Shown piece by piece: positions 21,457 to 31,500 of a stretch of 64,000 nt of DNA. Within the stretch, counting starts at the first letter, position 1, and every line of letters starts with the position of its first letter. The position numbers and the translations under genes were made by a program. Under the pieces are notes generated by a model. The model was not told where the DNA came from and ran no database searches. It saw nothing but the letters and a program-made list of their open reading frames with translations. The stretch lies in the IMG/VR virus record IMGVR_UViG_3300042863_000355; one strand, written 5' to 3'. The stretch comes from an uncultured virus (IMG/VR IMGVR_UViG_3300042863_000355). Lineage: Duplodnaviria; Heunggongvirae; Uroviricota; Caudoviricetes.

Positions 21457-22808
21457 TATCGCCCTTTAGGTCTTGGTTTAGCTGGCAAATTACCGCCCTG
21501 ATTGCCATTGTCAGCTTGCGGTTTAAGTAATTCTGATAGTGATTGTCTAGACGGAATGTTGCCTTGGTCTGATGTTGGCACAGTATAAGTGTTGTTGACA
21601 AAAGAACTACGTTGTGTTTCATTCTGTGGACCCCAATCTAAAGGAGTACGAACATCTTCACTGATGGCTAGCCAATTTGCTCCGCTGAATCTGAATAAAC
21701 GATTTGGGAAATAATCCAACCGTAAACAATAATCTCCTTTACTAGGATTAAACGGAAAGCTAACTCCTGGAGTAACTGGCAATCCATTTGGCGCCATATC
21801 ATCGCCGGTTAAGTATCCCATTGTCCATCCGAAATCCTGTGGACTAGTACCCTCGTCTGACTGAGCACCGTCTACCGTGAGAGCAGTTTGATCAGCAAAT
21901 AATCCTTCTCCACCTGGTTGACCATTGGGAGTAGTTGGTAATATATAAAACGACACGTTATCATAACCTGATTGTGGAACTTCGATGTTTGCCTGTATAA
22001 CTAAGGCATCATTAATAGCTAAATCTTTGTTTCTAGTTGAATTAACATCGCCCATCGTAGTTGGTTTTTCAATCAATGCCCAGTAGGTTGAGTCGTTGAT
22101 ATCAGTACCAGGCGGTGTATTTTTTGTTGCTTCGTAATATTTTCCACCATTATCTACAACCATTCCCTGAGGATAAAAGTTTCCATTATCCCAAATATTG
22201 TCTGGCATTAGTGGTTGATTAATGATTTGTTGATATTCTTGGGCATTCACCATGGGAGTAGCTTTAACACGCCAAACGTGAGGCAACCAAGTTTGACTGA
22301 ACCCTTCGGCGGCATAAGCAGCATCTTGTATAACATAATACTTAGGCAAAGCACGAGTAATATTTTGATTTAGTGGATAGTAATCTTTCATATTTGGCAA
22401 TTCTAATACATCGCCAGTCATTAATTTACGCCCAAAACTATCAATCATATCATTGTAATGAAATGTAATATATAACGTATCGTTGTTTAAAAACAACCCA
22501 AATTGCGTTAGGTCAAAATTGATATCCTGATGCGTATATACACCACGCATAACGTAAATGTTAGGGTCATACGCTCTGTCTCTGTTTTCTAACAGCAATA
22601 AATCTTCGATAAACAAGGGATTTTCCGAAGTATATACTGGTAAAGTAGCATCAGTATTTCCAGGATTGTCAGTAGTATCTACAATCGGTCCCATGTATTT
22701 GTGTACATAAAGATCAAGCCCTCCGACGGTATATCGTTCGGAAATGATACGATCCAGGTATTGGTAATCTGAAGTTCGGTTAGGTCTATAAAGGCTGAGT
22801 CTTGGCAT
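21456..22808 (-). CDS. Neck / head-closure protein (T4 gp14-like)
   Basis: LTQFGLFL.ND.LYITFH...GRKLM.GDVLELP; position near gp13- and gp15-like genes. Confidence 0.6.
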   Translation of the reverse strand: MPRLSLYRPNRTSDYQYLDRIISERYTVGGLDLYVHKYMGPIVDTTDNPGNTDATLPVYTSENPLFIEDLLLLENRDRAYDPNIYVMRGVYTHQDINFDLTQFGLFLNNDTLYITFHYNDMIDSFGRKLMTGDVLELPNMKDYYPLNQNITRALPKYYVIQDAAYAAEGFSQTWLPHVWRVKATPMVNAQEYQQIINQPLMPDNIWDNGNFYPQGMVVDNGGKYYEATKNTPPGTDINDSTYWALIEKPTTMGDVNSTRNKDLAINDALVIQANIEVPQSGYDNVSFYILPTTPNGQPGGEGLFADQTALTVDGAQSDEGTSPQDFGWTMGYLTGDDMAPNGLPVTPGVSFPFNPSKGDYCLRLDYFPNRLFRFSGANWLAISEDVRTPLDWGPQNETQRSSFVNNTYTVPTSDQGNIPSRQSLSELLKPQADNGNQGGNLPAKPRPKGR

Positions 22809-22815
22809 AGTTTAG

Positions 22816-22821
22816 TATTTA
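22816..22821 (-). promoter_or_regulatory. Late-type promoter TAAATA for the minus-strand neck operon
   Basis: TAAATA 7 nt before the ATG at 22808, no SD. Confidence 0.6.
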
Positions 22822-22833
22822 GCTAAGATTCAC

Positions 22834-22862
22834 TTGACAGTTAATTACAAAATACATATAAT
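22834..22862 (+). promoter_or_regulatory. Sigma70-type promoter (perfect consensus)
   Basis: TTGACA-17 nt-TATAAT, 6 nt before ATG 22869. Confidence 0.8.
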
Positions 22863-22868
22863 TACTAT

Positions 22869-23120
22869 ATGGATGAAATTTTAGAACGTTTGTCGGCCGC
22901 AGAAAAACAACTGCTTCTTGTCAAAAAGAAACGTAATCAGCGTGATCTTCAAAAAATGATCAGTAATATCGATAAAGTAATTACCGAAATTAGCAGAGAA
23001 TCTGTAGAATGCAGACGTCTTAAAAAAGAAACAACAAAATACAAGGATTTATTAGTTGAAGCTACTAAATTGTTAGACAACCTAGAGCATCAAATAATTT
23101 TTGCGATGCTGTTAGGTTGA
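22869..23120 (+). CDS. Hypothetical coiled-coil protein
   Basis: 83-aa helical ORF directly downstream of a consensus promoter. Confidence 0.6.
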   Translation: MDEILERLSAAEKQLLLVKKKRNQRDLQKMISNIDKVITEISRESVECRRLKKETTKYKDLLVEATKLLDNLEHQIIFAMLLG

Positions 23121-23145
23121 CTTTTTTTAATTTAACCACTATACT
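23117..23145 (+). promoter_or_regulatory. Sigma70-type promoter
   Basis: TTGACT-17 nt-TATACT upstream of ATG 23155. Confidence 0.7.
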
Positions 23146-23154
23146 ATTAACACT

Positions 23155-24300
23155 ATGGCAAAAATACAAACTACAATCAAACGACTTGTCCCACGCGGCG
23201 AAGATGCTAAATTTATTGGCTCAGAACCCGAATGGCCTACACAACCTTCCGACGAAACTCGTGTTAGCACATTAACAAAAGCATTCAATTGGTATAATTA
23301 TTCTTATGGCCGTAAAGAAGCTAGGGATATGATTATTCAATATTTTGAAATAAATCAAAAAGCTAAAGAAGCAAAGCTAATCCGAGGTATTTCAGATAAC
23401 CGCGTTAAACCCACTACAGGATGGATTTGTAGAATGTCAGTTATGGGATTAATTCTCACAGAAATTGAACAATCTGTACTAGATGATCACTTAACTGAAT
23501 TATTGGCTAGCAAGCAAGAAGAACAAAAAGTTGCAGCTACCTCTGAAGAAACAGCTCAACAAAAGCTAACTATTCAAGATCATTTACGTGAAAAAGCAAG
23601 TGAATGTGCCGCTGAACTTGAAGGCATGTATGATGATTTTATCCAAGCTGATGCCAAAATGTCAGCGAATTTCAAGCCTATTGCGCTAATTCGTGGCATG
23701 AATATTTCTACACAAATGATTCCTAATATTACTGCTGTATGGAAGTTGCGACTAGCAGAACTTGAAGAAGTATTAGAGGGAAAAGATCCACAACTTGTAG
23801 AAGGCTTTAGCCATCTTACTAAACCTCAGTTGAAAAGCTGTGTGAAATTTTGTGAAACTGTGCTGGCAGACTGCCAATCTTACATTTCACTTAAGAAAGT
23901 AGAACGTAAACCCCGCGCTAAAAAGGCAGTTAGTCCTGAAAAAGTAGCGTTAAAGTTTAAATATCTTAAAGAATTTGTCGAACTTGGGCTTAAATCTTTG
24001 TCCCCTGTAAGTTTAGTAGGTGCTTCTGAAGCTTTCCTTTATGACACAACTAAACGTAAGCTAATTTATGTGGTAGCAGATACACATGCAGGTACATTTA
24101 CTATTAAAGGTTCATCATTGTTGGCATTTGATGCTCTAGCAACTGTACAAAAAACTCTACGCAAACCTAAAGAGCAGATTAAAGCTATTATGAGTGTGGG
24201 TAAACCTGCTGCTCGTAAGGCGTTTAAGGATATTAAATCTACTGAAATTAAATATACAGGGCGTAGCAATGACAACTTGGTTATCTTGAAGGCTTGGTAA
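23155..24300 (+). CDS. Hypothetical protein (381 aa, basic C-terminus)
   Basis: Long ORF with its own promoter; no motif recognised. Confidence 0.65.
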   Translation: MAKIQTTIKRLVPRGEDAKFIGSEPEWPTQPSDETRVSTLTKAFNWYNYSYGRKEARDMIIQYFEINQKAKEAKLIRGISDNRVKPTTGWICRMSVMGLILTEIEQSVLDDHLTELLASKQEEQKVAATSEETAQQKLTIQDHLREKASECAAELEGMYDDFIQADAKMSANFKPIALIRGMNISTQMIPNITAVWKLRLAELEEVLEGKDPQLVEGFSHLTKPQLKSCVKFCETVLADCQSYISLKKVERKPRAKKAVSPEKVALKFKYLKEFVELGLKSLSPVSLVGASEAFLYDTTKRKLIYVVADTHAGTFTIKGSSLLAFDALATVQKTLRKPKEQIKAIMSVGKPAARKAFKDIKSTEIKYTGRSNDNLVILKAW

Positions 24301-24306
24301 ATCTGC

Positions 24307-24332
24307 TAAATATATGGACACGGAGTCCATAT
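24307..24332 (+). promoter_or_regulatory. Late promoter TAAATA with overlapping RBS-sequestering hairpin
   Basis: TAAATA 24307-24312; inverted repeat ATATGGAC/GTCCATAT 24312-24332 covering the GGAG SD and start codon. Confidence 0.7.
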
Positions 24333-25101
24333 GGCAGAGCAATCACAATCTACTTTAGAAACACTTAAACAAGATCTAATCGAATACGTTAGGCTTCAAT
24401 TAGGCGATGATATCATCGATATAGAGCTGGATGCTAGTCATTATGAGTCGGCATATCGCAACAGTATCGGAACTTATCGTCAACGAGCACAAAATGCCTA
24501 TGAAGAAAGTTATACGTTTATGGAACTGGTTACTAACGTAAACATCTATGATTTGCCAGACGAAGTTATACAAGTAAGACAGATTTTCCGTAGAACTTTT
24601 GGTGATTCATCCGGCCCGAATGCCAGCAATTTTGACCCATTTAGTCAAGCTTCGTTAAATGTATATTTGATGAACTTTAACGTATCTGGTGGGTTAGCTA
24701 CATATGATTTTTACTCTCAATATATTGAGTTAGCTGGACGCATGTTTGGTGCGTATATGAATTATACTTGGAATCCAGTTACCAAAAAACTCCAATTAAT
24801 ACGCGATCCCAAGGGGTCGGGCGAGAATGTATTGTTATGGACTTATAACTTAAAACCTGAAGTAAATTTACTCAGTGATTATCAAATTCGCCAATGGATA
24901 CGTAATTATATGTACGCCAATTGTAAGATGATTATTGGCGACGCACGAGAAAAATTTGGTACTATTGCCGGCCCGCAAGGCGGAACCACACTAAATGGTG
25001 CTGCAATGAAGGCCGATGCCAAAGAACTAATGGCACAATGTCTTAAAGACCTAACAGATTATGTAGATGGTTCGGCTCCGTTGACCTGGATTATAGGATG
25101 A
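24331..25101 (+). CDS. Neck protein (T4 gp13-like head-tail adaptor)
   Basis: L.LG..IIDIELD N-terminus; WIRNY..A.CKMIIG.AREKF...GPQGG.TLNG..MK C-terminus. Confidence 0.8.
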   Translation: MAEQSQSTLETLKQDLIEYVRLQLGDDIIDIELDASHYESAYRNSIGTYRQRAQNAYEESYTFMELVTNVNIYDLPDEVIQVRQIFRRTFGDSSGPNASNFDPFSQASLNVYLMNFNVSGGLATYDFYSQYIELAGRMFGAYMNYTWNPVTKKLQLIRDPKGSGENVLLWTYNLKPEVNLLSDYQIRQWIRNYMYANCKMIIGDAREKFGTIAGPQGGTTLNGAAMKADAKELMAQCLKDLTDYVDGSAPLTWIIG

Positions 25102-25146
25102 TTGGTTAGAATATTACTTGGATGATAGGCTAACATAAATAATGTT

Positions 25147-25977
25147 ATGACCTTAAGACAACAATTAATAGAAATAATAGATACTGATACAACCTACAAG
25201 AAACGTGCTGTTAAATACCTATACCTACGACATCCTGATTTATGGAGCGAGGCATTAGAGTTAACATCTTTCTTGCCAGATACTGCTAAACCTAAGCAGA
25301 GAGTATGGCACATTTTAAATGATATTTGGGAAATACCCAAGTGTCCAGAAACAGGAAAGGAAGTCAACTGGTTTGATAATCGTTATCTCACATACGCATC
25401 TGTCAAAGCATCTAGAAAGATTGTAGCAAAAAAGTTAAGTGAGTCTACTAAAGGTACTGGCCATTGGCGCAATAAAGATCCTGATAAATCGAAAGAAGCT
25501 AACAAAAATTTTACTACTGGGTTCACATCAGGTGATCATAAACCCTGGGAAGACCGCGATAGAGATCCAAAGGCGTATGCTGTAAAAGCAAAAGAAACCT
25601 GGCTTGAAAAATACGGAGTAGATAATCCCAGTAAACTTAAAGAAGTGAAAGAAAAAATCTACCAGAAAGCTGTAGATCGAGGTTGCACTCGTCGTGAAGA
25701 AAGATCAGATCGCCGGATCTATTATGAAGCAGTATGGCGTTTTACTGAAGAAAGTTGGAAGACACATTTTGATGAAATAAATCCTACGAGATTAAATCGT
25801 TCGCATAATGCCCTGGATCATATCTATTCAATACAACAGGGTTTTCGTGATTGCATACCACCATATATTATCGGACATTATACCAATCTGCGTGTTATTA
25901 GTCTAAGCGAAAATGGTATTAAGGGTATGCGATGTGATAAAACTCGAGAAGAACTTTTTGAAGACTTTTTTGCTTGA
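25147..25977 (+). CDS. Putative free-standing HNH-type (homing) endonuclease
   Basis: KETWLEKYGVDNPSK segment of the kind seen in phage endonucleases; C-terminal LDHI...GHYTNLRVI...EN..K HNH-like motif. Confidence 0.55.
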   Translation: MTLRQQLIEIIDTDTTYKKRAVKYLYLRHPDLWSEALELTSFLPDTAKPKQRVWHILNDIWEIPKCPETGKEVNWFDNRYLTYASVKASRKIVAKKLSESTKGTGHWRNKDPDKSKEANKNFTTGFTSGDHKPWEDRDRDPKAYAVKAKETWLEKYGVDNPSKLKEVKEKIYQKAVDRGCTRREERSDRRIYYEAVWRFTEESWKTHFDEINPTRLNRSHNALDHIYSIQQGFRDCIPPYIIGHYTNLRVISLSENGIKGMRCDKTREELFEDFFA

Positions 25978-26002
25978 CTAACCTGTGCTACTCTGCTATA
26001 AT
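25974..26002 (+). promoter_or_regulatory. Sigma70-type promoter
   Basis: TTGACT-17 nt-TATAAT with TG extended -10. Confidence 0.75.
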
Positions 26003-26032
26003 AGTGTTATGAACAATACGAGATACTAATAA

Positions 26033-26560
26033 ATGTCAAGTCATCTTATGGTGGATATCGAAGGCCTGGCTACAACGCCAGATGCTACTATTTTGACTAT
26101 TGCTGCACAGTCATTTAATCCCTTTGACACTGGTTACTACGATAATAGATTCTTTTATGCTCGAGTAACATTAGAAAGTCAAGAAGATCGTGCAATAAAT
26201 GACGAAACAATTGCATGGTGGGCAACACAAAAAGAAGCACAGGAAGAAGCATTTAACGAAAATAATCGTATTTCTTTAGAAGATGCTCTAGATGGACTTT
26301 ATAAAATTTCATGGCAACATGATTTTATTTGGGCAAATGGCCCAACTTATGATATTAATATTTTAGAACATGCTTATCGTTCTAAAGACAAAAAACAACC
26401 GTGGCAATATTATAAAATACGTGATGCTAGATCTATCTATTCACTTTATCCTGGTTTGCCAAAACCACTTACTAGTCATCATGCATTGGAAGATTGTAAA
26501 CGTCAAATTGACATGCTGCAAGCCACCTTTAAACATTTGAATATAACAGAAATTAGATGA
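26033..26560 (+). CDS. 3'-5' exonuclease, DEDDh family
   Basis: MVDIEG, WANGPTYD, HHALED motifs. Confidence 0.85.
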   Translation: MSSHLMVDIEGLATTPDATILTIAAQSFNPFDTGYYDNRFFYARVTLESQEDRAINDETIAWWATQKEAQEEAFNENNRISLEDALDGLYKISWQHDFIWANGPTYDINILEHAYRSKDKKQPWQYYKIRDARSIYSLYPGLPKPLTSHHALEDCKRQIDMLQATFKHLNITEIR

Positions 26561-26946
26561 TTAATCTTAAATCTACCAGCCCAAAATATAACCCATATGT
26601 TCCTGAAAAGAGTTTTAGGCCCAAATGTGAGCATGAAGGCTGCTCTGAGCCAAAAGTTATTTGCACTATATCTAAAAAAACTAACGGGCCATTATACAAC
26701 AGATTATGTCGTAAGCACCACAATCAAAAATACTATAATGATGAACCTGCGTTGACTTCTACAGCTAGGAAGTTAGGATTAACATCTACACAATATGTCG
26801 AACGAGCAGCAATCATACGCGGATTTAATTCACATTGGGATTATGAAAAATGGTTAAAAACACAGCCTAAACAAGCATTACCAACAATTAAAGATGTTAT
26901 ATTCACGGAAATTAATGCAAGATCTAGGGTAACTATTTCAGAATGA
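26557..26946 (+). CDS. Hypothetical protein with possible Zn-binding motif
   Basis: C-x4-C...C-x2-H pattern; ATGA coupling on both sides. Confidence 0.55.
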   Translation: MINLKSTSPKYNPYVPEKSFRPKCEHEGCSEPKVICTISKKTNGPLYNRLCRKHHNQKYYNDEPALTSTARKLGLTSTQYVERAAIIRGFNSHWDYEKWLKTQPKQALPTIKDVIFTEINARSRVTISE

Positions 26947-27419
26947 TTTCTATAGAAATTGTCAATGAACTAACTAATCAAAGTAGTGTAAGTGAACTGT
27001 TGAAACGTTCATTCTTATACAAATCTGCTGGGGAAATGCCTTCTCTAATATCTAAAAATGTAGAACATTTGATTGAAATAGAGAAAATAACATATCTAAT
27101 TAATCTAATTGAGAACCCCAAGTTTTACATACTGGCAAAAGATCAAGAAAAGATAGTTGGGTTCGGTATAGTTAGCGAGTCAAGTTTACAATACTTTTAC
27201 GATTTGACTTGGGTATGTGTTGATCCTGATTATAGAAATCAAGGTCTCGGTAAACAAATAACTGCAAAAGCAGTAGAATTTGCTAGCAGTCGTGATAGAA
27301 CAATTATAATTACAACAGAAATTCCTAAATTTTATACAGATTTAGGATTTATACAGTTAGGATCTTACCGCCCAGGGTGGTACTTAATGTCATCATCCAT
27401 ACTAAAGGACAACATATGA
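26943..27419 (+). CDS. GNAT family N-acetyltransferase
   Basis: VCVDPDYRNQGLGK motif A and FYTDLGF motif B. Confidence 0.85.
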   Translation: MISIEIVNELTNQSSVSELLKRSFLYKSAGEMPSLISKNVEHLIEIEKITYLINLIENPKFYILAKDQEKIVGFGIVSESSLQYFYDLTWVCVDPDYRNQGLGKQITAKAVEFASSRDRTIIITTEIPKFYTDLGFIQLGSYRPGWYLMSSSILKDNI

Positions 27420-28066
27420 TTATTGGAATTTCAGGATTAATAGGCAGCGGCAAAGATACTGTAGCTGATTATCTAGTGAATGTGCATGGGTTTCGTAGAG
27501 AAAGTTTTGCAGGAACTCTTAAGGACGCAGTATCAGCAGTATTTGGTTGGGATAGAGTACTGTTAGAAGGTCGTACTAAAGCGTCGAGGGAATGGCGTGA
27601 GCAAGTAGATCTATGGTGGGCAGAACGGTTGCACATGCCTCACTTAACTCCACGCTGGATATTACAATACTGGGGTACTGAAGTAATGCGTAAGGGCTTC
27701 CATGATGATATTTGGATTGCCAGTATTGAAAATAAAATACGAAATCTTAAAGATAATGTGGTAATTTCAGATTGTCGTTTTCCCAACGAACTTACAGCAA
27801 TTAGATCTTCTGGAGGGTTAGCCATTAGAACCAAGCGAGGTCCTGATCCAGAGTGGTTTCATGCAGCAGAAGTAGTAAATGGTGGCCCTACGCAGAATTT
27901 AAGTTGGGCTAGTAATAAATCAGTACTAGATACTTATAAAGTACATGCCAGCGAAACTGCCTGGGCGGGAACAGAATTCAATCATGTACTAGACAATAAC
28001 GGCACAATGGATGAGCTATATGCTCAAGTTGACTCTTTAGTGCTGGGTATTAAAAATTCTCAATGA
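27416..28066 (+). CDS. Deoxynucleoside monophosphate kinase (T4 gp1-like)
   Basis: MIIGISGLIGSGKDT P-loop, TPRWILQYWGTE, SDCRFPNE; AAGGA RBS before ATG 27416. Confidence 0.9.
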   Translation: MIIGISGLIGSGKDTVADYLVNVHGFRRESFAGTLKDAVSAVFGWDRVLLEGRTKASREWREQVDLWWAERLHMPHLTPRWILQYWGTEVMRKGFHDDIWIASIENKIRNLKDNVVISDCRFPNELTAIRSSGGLAIRTKRGPDPEWFHAAEVVNGGPTQNLSWASNKSVLDTYKVHASETAWAGTEFNHVLDNNGTMDELYAQVDSLVLGIKNSQ

Positions 28067-28407
28067 TCTGGTTCAAGATCACCTTGCTTCCAAGGTAAAT
28101 CAGACTTAGCTACATCCACTACGCAATTTTGACAAATTGTTTTAAGATTTTGTGCTACATTGTTATTTAGATTTCCATCTATATGAACCACTAAAAGCTG
28201 TGCGGCCCATCTCGATCTAAATCCACATCGATCACAAACTGTTTTCTTTTTATATCCCGAGGTAGCCCACCTTGGTTCTTGTGGTTTTTTCTTTCGTCCT
28301 CGCTTTATACAGTACTCGCAACGACTACGATATTGTATATTACCATTGGGTCTATGGTAAGCTACCGCTCTAGGACGCTGATTACAAGAGGAACATATAG
28401 GACGCAT
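28060..28407 (-). CDS. Zn-finger HNH-like protein
   Basis: CxxC pairs and HIDGNLNNN...NLKTICQNC; start revised to MRPIC, 5 nt after TAAATA. Confidence 0.7.
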   Translation of the reverse strand: MRPICSSCNQRPRAVAYHRPNGNIQYRSRCEYCIKRGRKKKPQEPRWATSGYKKKTVCDRCGFRSRWAAQLLVVHIDGNLNNNVAQNLKTICQNCVVDVAKSDLPWKQGDLEPDH

Positions 28408-28473
28408 GTAGTTATTTATTACCAAACCCTATCCAGTAGGGAGCCGTTGTTGGGGTCTTTTTCAATAATTTAC

Positions 28474-28479
28474 TAAATA
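28474..28479 (+). promoter_or_regulatory. Late-type promoter for sheath
   Basis: TAAATA followed by AAGGA RBS. Confidence 0.6.
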
Positions 28480-28506
28480 TTGTATATTATTATAAGGATT
28501 TAAATT

Positions 28507-31500
28507 ATGTCTAGCACATTAGTATCCCCAGGCGTACAAGTTACGGTAGTTGATCAAAGTCAATATCTTCCAGCTGCTACTAACTCGGTTCCTCTCTTAG
28601 TTATCGCAACGGCTTCGAACAAACTGTCAGCAGATGGTGCAGGCATTGCTTCTGGTACATTGGCTGTTAATGCTGATAAATTATTCTTGGCAACAAGCCA
28701 ACGTGCGTTATCTGCCAATTATGGCGTACCATTCTTTTATCAAACAACTAATGGCACTCCGATCAACGGATATGAACTTAACGAATATGGTCTTCTTGCT
28801 GCTTATTCGGCACTAGGCGTAACTAATCAATGTTATGTATTACGTGCTAACATTGACCTAGCTGCTCTTTCGGCTAGCTTAACTCGTCCAGTTGGCGATC
28901 CAGATAATGGCACATACTGGTTAGACACAGTTAATAGCACATGGGGCATTTATCAGTGGAATCAAACTACTTCGGCGTTTACTAATCAAATTCCTTTAGT
29001 AATTACTAGTACTGATTATTTGAATTCAGGTTCTTCTATACCTTTACAAAGTTATGGTAGTATTGGTAATTACGCAGTGACAGCTACATACACTACAAAT
29101 CCTATCTATTTTAAGCGTGGCGGACCAACAACAACTCAGTCAGATGACACAAGAATTACTGGTTTGTATAACACATGGGCACTCGTTGGTAGTACAGAAT
29201 GGCAATCAGCTTGGGCGACAGTGCAAGGTACTAATACTCCAACTAGCTTAACTGCTGCTAATACATTCATAATTAATGGAACAACAATTACTGTTCCGGC
29301 TAGTCCAAATAATACAGTAACAGGCATTGTTGATGCTATTACTTCGGCTGGGTTAACTGGTGTTTATGCTGCTAATATGGGCGGTGCACTTAATTTATAC
29401 GCTGATCATGATGCTACTGGTGTCACAATTGCAGTAACTGGCGCGTCTGGTAGTGGTACTGCTGCAACATTAACATTTGCTAGCCAAGCATCAGCTCCAT
29501 TTACTGTTGGCAGTTCAATTTCAGTTAGTAACATTGATCCAGTTGAATATAATGGAACTTATGTTGTCACAGCCTGTACTACAACATCAGTATCGTATGC
29601 TTCTACTGAAGTCGCTGCATATGTTGACGGTGGTACAGTTGGTACACCAACCGGAACTGTTGTAGTGGCAGCTGGTACAGGAACAGTCCTTACTACATTA
29701 GGAATTACTGCAAAAACCTATACATGCCCACGATATCAAGCAACTCCTAGCTATCAAGTACCGACTTGGAGCCAAGGCGGGTCAACTGCTATTGGAGTAA
29801 CTGGTTCTATTTGGCAAAAAACAAATAATATTAACCTTGGTGTTAATATTGTAATGAAGTCATATAATTCGGCGTTGGGAGTATATGTAATTAATAATAC
29901 TCCTGTTTACACAGGTTATAGCGCAGCAATTTATGGCTTAGATCCATCGGGTGGCGGCGAAAATATTCCAGCTGGCGCATTGTTTGCAAAGGCTATTCCA
30001 TTTAATAATAGTACTGCTGGATTTACAATTTATAAGCGTTATGTAACTGGTCCAACGATTGTTACTGGTGATACAGTAAATCAAACATTCACTAATGGTA
30101 ATGAATTTACTATTTCAGCAACACAGCCGGGAACAGAAACACTTACATCTGCTACTGTAACCCTTACAGGAACTACACCTAGTAGCTTTATTGCTGCTGT
30201 AAGTTCAGCTGACGTGCCATATGTTAGTGCTTCCATTGACAGCAACGGTGCAATTGTGTTCACACACAGCGCAGGTGGTAATATTATCCTGACAAACGTT
30301 ACTGGAACTCCAGTTACAGCAGCAGGATTTACAACTAGCACTTTCTTATGTTTCCAAAATTACGTAGCGGGTGTAGCATCAGGTATCACATTAAGCAATT
30401 GGGTATCTAGCCCAACATTTACATATACTGCATCTAGTACAGCACCTGATCAAAATCCAACAGACGGTACATATTGGTATTACAGTGACCCAACTCAAGC
30501 TGATATTATGATTCAACAGAACGGTGAATGGGTAGGATATCAAACTGTAACCTCTGATTCTCGTGGATATAATTTAACATTGTGTAATGCTACTGGGCCT
30601 ATCATTAGTGCAACTGCACCTACTACACAAACTAATACAGCAGCTAGTCCATTAGCGTACGGTGATTTATGGGTCAACACAAGTGATTTAGAAAATTATC
30701 CGTTGTTATATCGTTGGCAAAATGTTAATGGTGTAGATCAGTGGGTAGAAATTGTTAATACAGATTCTACACAATCTAATGGTATCCTATTTCAGGATGC
30801 TCGTTGGGCTCCTAATGGAATAACAGATCCAGTAAGCGCCGCGTTACCAACAATTCAAAGTTTGTTAACTAGCAACTATTTAGATCCAGATGCTCCTACC
30901 GCTGAATTGTATCCAGCAGGTCTATTGTTATGGAATACACGCCGTTCAGGATTTAACGTTAAGACTTATCAATCAAACTATTTTAATAATAATAGTTTTC
31001 CTACATATGAGTGGGCATCTACTACAACATATACAGTTGGTGAATACGTACAATACGATAGTCTTGTGTATGCGTGTATTGCTAACAGTACTGACGATAT
31101 TCCAGATGCAAGTCCATCTTTTTGGTCACTTCAGTCAGTAACTAACACATGGTTATCGGCTGCTGGTGTTCGTCCGGATGGTTCGCCATATATGGGTCGT
31201 CAAGCTCAACGTAAGATTATTGTTAGTGCTTTGAAGAACGCAATAGATACTAATTCGTCTATTCGTGAAGAACAAAATGCGTTTAACTTAATAGCAGTTC
31301 CTGGATATCCGGAACTATCTACTAACATGGTAGCATTAAACAATGAAATTAACAACGTAGCATTTAGTATTATTGATACTCCATTGCGTTTATCACCCGC
31401 TGATGTTGCTGCATGGGCAACTAATAATAACGGATTAGGATTACCAACTGCTGACGGTAATTTAGCAGCAGGCGATAGTTATGCAGCGGCATTTTATCCA

